64,000 nt of DNA, taken from the NCBI GenBank assembly GCA_021793215.1, contig JAJYTE010000004.1, forward strand, positions 46,923-110,922, in the 5' to 3' direction. Below, piece after piece: positions 57,449 to 64,000 of this stretch. Made by a program: the position numbers and the translations under genes. This DNA comes from Bacillota bacterium (GTDB lineage Bacteria > Bacillota > Sulfobacillia > JAJZYS01 > JAJYTV01). Within the stretch, counting starts at the first letter, position 1; every line of letters begins with the position of its first letter. The notes under the pieces were generated by a model. The model saw only the letters and a program-made list of their open reading frames with translations, had not been told where the DNA came from and did not search any database.

Positions 57449-58359
57449 CTTGAGCCGCCCGCGGTTCCCCCGAGCACCAGTTGCATCCGGCGCGCGAGCT
57501 CCTGACTCTCCTGGATGACCTGGCGCAACCGCTGCAGGTTCTGCGTTAGCTCCTGGCTGAACTCCGCCTGCGCCTGCGCGATGAGTTCGGCTTGCGATTG
57601 GGCGTCCATCACCGTACCCGCGTGGCGGTGGGCGCGCTTCGCGAGTTTACGCAGCGTAGAGCCTGTCGAGCCAGAGGACTGGTCGCCTTGGCTCTGGCTG
57701 CTCTGGCTCTGGTCGCCTTGGCTCTGCCCGCTCTGGCTCTGCTGGCCTTGGCTCTGCCCGCTCTGGCTCTGCTGGCCTTGGCTCTGCCCGCTCTGGCTCT
57801 GCTGGCCTTGGCTCTGCCCGCTCTGGCTCTGCTGGCCTGATGAGCTGGTCTGCTGCGAGGACTGTTGCCCACTCGACGCCTGGCTCTGGCTTTGCATTGC
57901 GGCCAAGTTCTCCCGCAGCAGCTTGGCGAGTTCCTGACTGATCTGACTTTGCCCCGAACCACCGCCCGAGGATGATCCCTGGCTCTGTCCAGAGCCTGCT
58001 CCCGAGGACCCCTGGCTCTGGTCCTGGCTTTGGCTCGGGCCGGATGAGCCCCCGCTCTGGCCAGAACTGCTGCCCGACTGTTGACTTTGTCCCGAGTTGC
58101 CGCCCTGGCTTTGCCCCTGGGCTTGCCGGACAGACTGCGAGAGGGCCTGCGAGAGAGCCTGCAGGACCACGGCCACTTCCTGCTGAGACGGCGCCGACTG
58201 GGGACTGGACCCTCCCTGCCCGGACTGGCCCTGGCCGCCTTGGGATTGGCCCCCCGAGCCCGAGTGCTGCGCAGCCGCTTGACCTGAGGGCCCGGACAGC
58301 AGACGCTGCAGTTCCTGCTGCACGATCGATTGCACGCTCTGTGGTGTCATCTCTGACAT
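57445..58359 (-). CDS. Q/S/G-rich low-complexity hypothetical protein (304 aa)
   Basis: ATG after a strong GGAGGTGG SD; amphipathic helices separated by Q/S/G tracts; C-terminal coiled coil. Confidence 0.8.
   Translation of the reverse strand: MSEMTPQSVQSIVQQELQRLLSGPSGQAAAQHSGSGGQSQGGQGQSGQGGSSPQSAPSQQEVAVVLQALSQALSQSVRQAQGQSQGGNSGQSQQSGSSSGQSGGSSGPSQSQDQSQGSSGAGSGQSQGSSSGGGSGQSQISQELAKLLRENLAAMQSQSQASSGQQSSQQTSSSGQQSQSGQSQGQQSQSGQSQGQQSQSGQSQGQQSQSGQSQGDQSQSSQSQGDQSSGSTGSTLRKLAKRAHRHAGTVMDAQSQAELIAQAQAEFSQELTQNLQRLRQVIQESQELARRMQLVLGGTAGGSS
57680..57838. repeat. 30-bp tandem repeat (~5 copies) encoding QQSQSGQSQG
   Basis: Unit GCTCTGCCCGCTCTGGCTCTGCTGGCCTTG perfect x3, one near-perfect and one degenerate copy. 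Confidence 0.95.
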
Positions 58360-58396
58360 CGGCGTCCCCCACCTCCTGGGTCGGCGCCGACAACGG

Positions 58397-59413
58397 CTAG
58401 TGGCGTTGAAGCGCTGCCATCGCCTGCGCCAGTGTTCCCACAGGTATGATGCGCAGTTTTCCCGCGATGCCGACTGCCTTCGCTTCCTGGACGGCGTCCG
58501 AGTAGTCGCCCTTCGGCACGATGAAGATCTTGGCTCCAGCGTCGTAGACGGTGAGGACCTTCTCCTTGATCCCTCCGATCGCGCCGACGTTGCCGCTCGC
58601 GTCGATCGTCCCTGTGCCCGCGACGGTGAGCCCCTTGGTGAGGTCAAGCTGCGGCTTCAGGTGGTCGATGATCGAGAGGCTGAACATCATGCCCGCCGAG
58701 GGTCCGGAGATGTCCCCCGTGCGGATCTTGATATTCACGGGGATGTCGTAGTTCGGCTTGTAGGTGAAGATCTCCACTCCGAGCTCCGCGTGGTTCTTCG
58801 TCGCCGTGCTCTTGATCGTCCCAACCTGCAGCGAGGTGGTCTGCTTCTGGCGCAGCACCCTGAGCGTCAGCGTCTGGCCAGGCGTGACGTGGCCCATGTA
58901 GTTGAGCAGGCTCTGCGCCGTGGTCACACGCGTGCCGTCGACCGACTCGATCACGTCGCCGGCCTTCAAGTGGCCGGCGGCCGGCGTATGCTTCACCACC
59001 TGGTACACGTAAACGCCCTGGCCGATCTCCGTCGCCTTGTACCCGAGTTGGCGCAGCGCCGCCACCTTCGCGTCGAGGTGGCTCTGGGTCATCAGTTCCA
59101 TGTTGGCCTGCTGGTACTGCTGCTCGTTGCCCGTCGGACCCAGCAGTTCCTGGGCGGGTACGACTTCTCCGTACGGGGTGTACTTGCCCACGAGATAGTA
59201 GAAAAGGTTTGCGGGCTCCACATCCACCGCCACCATCAGCATCTTGCCACGGGGCAGCTTACTCGCTGCGCTAGGCACGCTGACGATGCGGTTCAGGTTC
59301 TCGGTGATACCCGGCAGGATCACGTAGTCGCTCGTTGGCGTCCACCAGAGCACGGCGGCCGCGATCACCAGCACCGCGAGAACGCCGAGTACCCACCGCA
59401 CCCATCTAACCAC
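58397..59413 (-). CDS. YlbL-like membrane-anchored PDZ/Lon-type S16 protease
   Basis: N-terminal TM, PDZ, GPSAG (Ser), AGTGTI, GGIKEK (Lys). Confidence 0.9.
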   Translation of the reverse strand: MVRWVRWVLGVLAVLVIAAAVLWWTPTSDYVILPGITENLNRIVSVPSAASKLPRGKMLMVAVDVEPANLFYYLVGKYTPYGEVVPAQELLGPTGNEQQYQQANMELMTQSHLDAKVAALRQLGYKATEIGQGVYVYQVVKHTPAAGHLKAGDVIESVDGTRVTTAQSLLNYMGHVTPGQTLTLRVLRQKQTTSLQVGTIKSTATKNHAELGVEIFTYKPNYDIPVNIKIRTGDISGPSAGMMFSLSIIDHLKPQLDLTKGLTVAGTGTIDASGNVGAIGGIKEKVLTVYDAGAKIFIVPKGDYSDAVQEAKAVGIAGKLRIIPVGTLAQAMAALQRH

Positions 59414-60197
59414 GCCACGCCACCTCCCGGGAGAAGAGCCTGCGGATCTCGTCGATCCGCGCCAGGGCGGCACTGCGGCCCGCCTCGATCAGGGCTGCCG
59501 CCTGCCCCGGCCCGGTGCCCTCCGGCGCCACGGGCTCGACGAGCACATCCGCCGTCACCGCGCGCTCGGCGGCGAGTGCTCGCTGCATGATGCTGAACGA
59601 CTGGTTGATCACGTCAAAGAGGTGCCGAACCGGCACGCGTTGCCCGTCGGGGGTGCCGCCGAGTGCGACGGCCAACACGCGGTCGGCGCCAAGCGCACGC
59701 GCCGTGTCGACCGGAACCCGTTCTAGCAGCGCACCGTCGACGAGTAGGCTCTCGCCAACGCGAACCGGGCTGAAGATGCCTGGCACGGCGCCCGAGGCGT
59801 GGGCCGCAACCGCCGCAGGCCCGCGTGTGAAGATGACCTTGCGGCTACGCTCGATGTCGGTGGCTACCACCGCGAGCGGCGGCTCGAGGTCCTCGAGCCT
59901 GCGGTCCCGCGTCAGGAGCCGCAGCACGCCCTCGAGCCTCTGTCCGCTCACGACGCCCATGCGGGTCATCGTCACGTCGAGCCAATGGCTGCGGCGGAGG
60001 TGCGTCGCGAGGGACTCCAGTTGGCGCGACGAGAGACCTGCGCCGTACAGCGCCCCGATCACTGCGCCGATCGAGCAGCCGACCACGAAATCTGGCAGCA
60101 GGGCATTCTCCTCCAGCACCTGGAGAACTCCGATGTGAGCGTAGCCGTAGACTCCCCCCGCGCCCAGCGCCAGGGCGACCTTTGGTCTCTTTGCCAT
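59406..60197 (-). CDS. Patatin-like phospholipase (YlbK-like)
   Basis: GAGGVYG, GCSIG, DGA motifs. Confidence 0.9.
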   Translation of the reverse strand: MAKRPKVALALGAGGVYGYAHIGVLQVLEENALLPDFVVGCSIGAVIGALYGAGLSSRQLESLATHLRRSHWLDVTMTRMGVVSGQRLEGVLRLLTRDRRLEDLEPPLAVVATDIERSRKVIFTRGPAAVAAHASGAVPGIFSPVRVGESLLVDGALLERVPVDTARALGADRVLAVALGGTPDGQRVPVRHLFDVINQSFSIMQRALAAERAVTADVLVEPVAPEGTGPGQAAALIEAGRSAALARIDEIRRLFSREVAWRG

Positions 60198-60290
60198 CAG
60201 ATCTGACCGCCTCGGCGACGGTGCAGTCCCTCCCCTCGGCAGGGGGCCACCATCATTGCGCATCCTATCCTTCAGCCAACGCTCAAAGAT

Positions 60291-60776
60291 CTATCCCCGG
60301 TTCGCGGAGAGTCGGCGAAGCGCCTGCGCGACCGCCGGGGTGACGAAATCGTCGAGCGGCGCGTCGAACTGCGCGAGCTGCTTCACAAGCGAAGAGCTGA
60401 TGTAGGCGAAGCGGCTCTTCGTGAGCAGGAAGAAGGTCTCCACGCCCGGCTCGAGGTGTCGGTTCATCATCGCGGTCTGCACCTCGTAGTCGAAGTCCAG
60501 CACAGCGCGCAGGCCGCGCAGGATGACCTGCGCTCCCTGGCGCTTCGCGCACTCGACGGTGAGACCGCCGAAGCGCAGCACATCGACGTTGGGGATCTCG
60601 CGCAGGCCGTCCTTCAGCAGCTCAACGCGCTCCACAGCGCTGAACGCAGGCGTCTTCGAAGGGTTCTCAAGTACCGCCACCGTCACCCGGTCGAAGATGC
60701 GGCTGGCACGCTGCACGACATCCAAGTGCCCGCGGTGCACCGGGTCGAAGCTGCCGGGGTAGAGTGCGTGCGACAA
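60291..60776 (-). CDS. coaD: Phosphopantetheine adenylyltransferase
   Basis: YPGSFDPVHRGH, RGLRAVLDFDYE, ISSSLVK. Confidence 0.97.
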   Translation of the reverse strand: MSHALYPGSFDPVHRGHLDVVQRASRIFDRVTVAVLENPSKTPAFSAVERVELLKDGLREIPNVDVLRFGGLTVECAKRQGAQVILRGLRAVLDFDYEVQTAMMNRHLEPGVETFFLLTKSRFAYISSSLVKQLAQFDAPLDDFVTPAVAQALRRLSANRG

Positions 60777-60779
60777 CTG

Positions 60780-61325
60780 CTAACCGCCGTCCCTTCGCAG
60801 GATGCTGACCGAGGTCTGTCCATACTTGACCACTCGCAGCGACTCGAAGCCCGGACGCGGGCCGACCGGCAGGCGGGACGCGTGTTCGCAGACGGCGAGG
60901 CCGTCTCGCGCAAGGAGCGCGCGAAGTCCGTCGAGCAGCGCATCCCACGGTGCCTCGGCGTACGGCGGGTCGATGAGCGCCAAGTCGTACGGCGCGTCGC
61001 CCTCGAGTGCGGCGAGGCCCCCCGGCAGGCGCAGGCGGCGCACGTCGGCTGCGCCGCCCAGTCGAGTGCGCTCCAGGTTCTCGCGCAGCACCCGCAGCGC
61101 CCGTTCCTCAGCGTCGACGAACTGGCACGACAGGGCACCGCGGCTGAGCGCCTCGATGCCGAGCGCCCCCGTTCCGGCGTACAAGTCGAGGACCCGGGCA
61201 CCAGTGAGGCGCGGCGCCAGGATCGCGAAGAGCGACTCCCGCACGCGGTCAAGCGTCGGACGCGTCGCGACTCCGGGAACGGTGGTGAGAGTGAGCCCCC
61301 CGGCCGTTCCCGCGATCACGCGCAC
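60780..61325 (-). CDS. rsmD: 16S rRNA m2G966 methyltransferase
   Basis: MRVIAG, TRPTLDRVRESLF, LDLYAGTGALGIEALSRG, DPPY. Confidence 0.95.
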   Translation of the reverse strand: MRVIAGTAGGLTLTTVPGVATRPTLDRVRESLFAILAPRLTGARVLDLYAGTGALGIEALSRGALSCQFVDAEERALRVLRENLERTRLGGAADVRRLRLPGGLAALEGDAPYDLALIDPPYAEAPWDALLDGLRALLARDGLAVCEHASRLPVGPRPGFESLRVVKYGQTSVSILRRDGG

Positions 61326-61344
61326 CCGCTCCACCTCATGGCGG

Positions 61345-61353
61345 ATTATACCA
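61345..61353 (-). promoter_or_regulatory. Extended -10 promoter of rsmD-coaD
   Basis: TGgTATAAT about 20 nt upstream of the start. Confidence 0.65.
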
Positions 61354-61359
61354 CAGGCC

Positions 61360-62184
61360 CTAGATCGCGCCGTCCTTGTCCGCCTCGGGCAGGACGTAGC
61401 GGAGCGTGTCGGCGCGCAGCCCACGCCGCAGCGCCTCAAGCGCCAGGATCTCCTGCGGTGGCACGTTGCCGAGGCTGACGTTGCTGCCGAAGCGGCGAAT
61501 CAGCTCCTGCTGCTGCGACTTGAGCGGCGCCTCCCAGATCAGGCGGTGGATGTCTCCCGCCGCGCGCACCATCTTGAGCAGTTCCTCCTCGGCCACCTCG
61601 CCGTCCGCGTCGTAGATGCCGACTCCTTTGCCGCTCTCTCGTCCCTCCACGATGATCCGCTCCGCACCCGCGGCGATGTCCTCGACGATCGTCCGATGGA
61701 CCTGCAGCGCACTGAGGCGCTGCGCGGGGTCCTTGCGTCCCACCTCTGTCAGCACCGTGAGCCCGCGTGCGCGCGCGAGGCGGATCGCCTTGCTGCGTTC
61801 CGCGAGCGTAAGATCGATGGTACCGTCGCTGACCTCGATCGCGTCGAACCCAAGGTCTACCGCCCGATCGACGAACGCCTCGAGCTGTCCCTGCAGGTGG
61901 GCGATCTCAAGGAACGTGCCGCCGGGGTAGCACGAGACGCCCGCCGAAACGACCGCCTGGATCTTGCGGCGTAGGACTTCCGTGGGGTAGACCGACGACG
62001 TGCCGAACGGAAGCTTCCAGAAATCGATGTGGGACGCCGCGATCTCCAAGAGCCCCTGCGTCTCGCCGACGCCCATGCCCTTGTCGATCACCATCGTCAG
62101 CCCTTCGCGCCGCGGCTTCTGCGTCCGCTCACCGAGCGGATCGGCGACAATGCCGCGGAATGCGCCTTCCTGCGCCGCCACCAC
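61360..62184 (-). CDS. comA: Phosphosulfolactate synthase (ComA/YitD family)
   Basis: KPRREGLTMVIDKG, KLPFGTS, GGTFLE, IEVSDG, EVGRK, VEGRESG, WEAP, LEALRRGLRADT. Confidence 0.93.
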   Translation of the reverse strand: MVAAQEGAFRGIVADPLGERTQKPRREGLTMVIDKGMGVGETQGLLEIAASHIDFWKLPFGTSSVYPTEVLRRKIQAVVSAGVSCYPGGTFLEIAHLQGQLEAFVDRAVDLGFDAIEVSDGTIDLTLAERSKAIRLARARGLTVLTEVGRKDPAQRLSALQVHRTIVEDIAAGAERIIVEGRESGKGVGIYDADGEVAEEELLKMVRAAGDIHRLIWEAPLKSQQQELIRRFGSNVSLGNVPPQEILALEALRRGLRADTLRYVLPEADKDGAI

Positions 62185-62244
62185 CGCACCCCCTCCTTCA
62201 CGCTCGCCAGCGTATGAGGCGGTGCACCGGGAGGTTCTGGCGCG

Positions 62245-63519
62245 CTACTGGCTCTCGCGCGGGCGTGGACGAGGGGCGAACGCGATCACGTACTTGTCCC
62301 GTTCGTCCCCGCCGGCCTCCTTGCCGAGCACCTGCTGCAGGTCCAGGAACATGAACACGAGGACCGCGGTTGCGCCCAAGAGGCCGGCGGCCGTCAGGAA
62401 GAGCGGCGCCGTCCCCTGCTTGAGCAGCCACCCGAACGTCGGGGGGCCGAGTGCGACGCCGATGAAGCGTACGCCTCCGTAGAGCGAGGTGACCATGCCG
62501 CGCTCACTTGGCTCCGTCGCCGAGGTGAAGAGCAGCGTCAGCGTCGGCAGGACGAAGCCTCCGCCGAACCCCATCAGCGAGATCGCGGCGAAGAGCACCC
62601 AGCGGTCGACGAAGAACGCGTTGACGAGCATGACTGCGCCCACCAGCAGCGTACCGCTGATGATCACGAGCTTCGCGTACTTCGCGCGCTTCGCGAGGTA
62701 GTTGCCGACGAGCAGCGAGGTGCCGGCCATCGCGCCGACCGGCAGTGCCAGCACGAACCCGGAGCTGAGGTTCGACATGCCGTAGTTCTTCTCCAGCACC
62801 TCGGAGAGGTAGAAGAGCGTGCCGAACAGGATGAACAGCACGGTTGTGCCGCTGAGGAGAAGCGCACCCAGGGACAGTCCCTTCGTCGCGAACACGTTCT
62901 TGAACCCGGCGTAGTACTGGGAAAACGGCTGCTTCTTGCCCGCGCCCTTCGGTTCGCGGACGAGCAGCCAGAGCAGGATGCCCTCCGGGATGGAAAGCGC
63001 CGCGAACAGGTAGAAGGGAAGCAGCCAGAGCACGATGCCGGCAACCGCGCCGGCGATCGGGCTGATCACTTTGCCAAGCCCGTTGGCGGCCTCCAGTTGC
63101 CCCATCACCTTGGCGCGCTGGCCGCCCTTGAATATGTCGGCAGAGAGCGCCATCGCGAGTTGCGCCATGCCCGCGGCGCCGAAACCCTGGATGATCCGGC
63201 CGACGATCAGGCCGGCGTAGGCCAGTGGGCCGAGGAATGAGAGCGAGAGCCCGGCGACGAGCGCGCCGAAGCCGAAGATGACGAGCGCCGGCGCCATCAC
63301 CGGCTTGCGCCCGAAGCGGTCCGATAGGTATCCGGCGATCGGGATCAGGAGGCCTGCCGGAATCGAGAAGGCTGTGACGATCAAGGACGTTTGAAAGCCC
63401 GAGAGGTGCAGTTCCGACTGGAGCTTCGGGAAGATCGGGAACAGCATCGAATTGCCCAGCACCATGAGGAACGGTACGGCTGCGAGCAGGCCGAACGACA
63501 GCCGCAGCTGCGGTTTCAA
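62245..63519 (-). CDS. MFS transporter (YitG-like)
   Basis: MVLGNSMLFP, GYLSDRFGRK, GRIIQG, NGLGKVISP, RFIGVALGPP. Confidence 0.88.
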   Translation of the reverse strand: MKPQLRLSFGLLAAVPFLMVLGNSMLFPIFPKLQSELHLSGFQTSLIVTAFSIPAGLLIPIAGYLSDRFGRKPVMAPALVIFGFGALVAGLSLSFLGPLAYAGLIVGRIIQGFGAAGMAQLAMALSADIFKGGQRAKVMGQLEAANGLGKVISPIAGAVAGIVLWLLPFYLFAALSIPEGILLWLLVREPKGAGKKQPFSQYYAGFKNVFATKGLSLGALLLSGTTVLFILFGTLFYLSEVLEKNYGMSNLSSGFVLALPVGAMAGTSLLVGNYLAKRAKYAKLVIISGTLLVGAVMLVNAFFVDRWVLFAAISLMGFGGGFVLPTLTLLFTSATEPSERGMVTSLYGGVRFIGVALGPPTFGWLLKQGTAPLFLTAAGLLGATAVLVFMFLDLQQVLGKEAGGDERDKYVIAFAPRPRPRESQ

Positions 63520-63615
63520 CGCGCCACCTCCCAGGATGTTAGCGTTGCCGCTGGCGCACCGGGCTAGGTTTCTAAATTGTGGCCGCGTTGCGTAACCTCC
63601 GTCGGGAGGACCGCC

Positions 63616-64000
63616 GTGAGCAGGGAAATCGCAGTCATCCTGGTGGTCCTGGCGCTCGGCGTCTTCGGGCGCAACACAGTGATCGCCGCCTCAGCGCTCG
63701 TCACCCTGGTGCTCATGCTGCCGCCGTTTCGGGCCCTTCTGCCGCTCGCGTCCGACTACGGCATCCGAGCCGGCTTGACGATGCTGATGATCGCGGTGCT
63801 CGCGGAACTCGCCCTCGGTCGCGTGCCAATCGGCGACCTGACGAAACAGATTTGGAGCATCGACGGCCTGTTCGCCGTTGTCGGCGGACTGATCGCGTCG
63901 TGGATGAGCACGCGCGGCGTCACGTTGCTTGCGCAACGGCCCCAGGTCACCATCGGACTCGTCGTCGGTTCGATCATGGCCGCGAGCTTCCTCGGGGGCG
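63616..64000 (+). CDS. DUF441 (YtwI-like) membrane protein, runs off window end
   Basis: GTG after a GGGAGG SD; manual translation ...LGVFGRNTVIAAS...GLTMLMIAVL...RGVTLLAQRPQVTIGLVVGSIMA. Confidence 0.8.
   Translation, partial: MSREIAVILVVLALGVFGRNTVIAASALVTLVLMLPPFRALLPLASDYGIRAGLTMLMIAVLAELALGRVPIGDLTKQIWSIDGLFAVVGGLIASWMSTRGVTLLAQRPQVTIGLVVGSIMAASFLGG

Noticed and set aside
57680-57838. 30-bp repeats as a CRISPR array
   Set aside because: Head-to-tail with no spacers, in frame within a CDS, and no cas genes nearby.
63520-63615. Sporulation sigma-factor promoters between the MFS and DUF441 genes
   Set aside because: Partial resemblance only (GGCAACGCTA; TCTAAAT...CGTAACCT); too weak to call.

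Overview
A 64 kb core-chromosome stretch from a very GC-rich Bacillota genome. PolC, FapR-plsX, SLH domains and ylbK/ylbL/ytvI-like genes point to a Thermaerobacter/Limnochorda/Sulfobacillus-like lineage (inference). Nearly all genes are on the minus strand and follow conserved Firmicutes synteny: DUF441/MFS/comA, rsmD-coaD-ylbK-ylbL, yceD-rpmF, fapR-plsX-fabD-fabG-acpP-fabF-rnc, smc-ftsY, ylxM-ffh-rpsP-khpA-rimM-trmD-rplS-lepB x2-rbgA-rnhB, topA-xerC-hslVU, rpsB-tsf-pyrH-frr-uppS-cdsA-ytvI-dxr-rseP-ispG-proS-GT2-polC, ampS, and rimP-nusA-ylxR-L7Ae-infB (partial). Four accessory inserts interrupt this backbone: MarR plus a DHA2 MFS; an NlpC/P60 hydrolase under a c-di-AMP riboswitch; an orphan hutU with a permease and an HTH/dead-S24 regulator; and a ~8.5 kb module between ftsY and ylxM. 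That module is the most interesting part. It holds a STAND-ATPase/TPR/LuxR regulator, a divergent ~1550 aa Ig-repeat/SLH surface protein and a convergent small leaderless ORF overlapping the LuxR HTH in antisense. Both flanking genes are preceded by the same palindrome, GACATCCGTG-N5-CACGGATC, in the same class II activator geometry. Other oddities: an L7Ae ORF with no stop running through infB, candidate non-canonical starts (CTG/ACG) for infB, polC and smc, an RbgA with a degenerate G4 motif, and a Q/S/G-rich tandem-repeat protein. No rRNA, tRNA, CRISPR array or transposase was seen.
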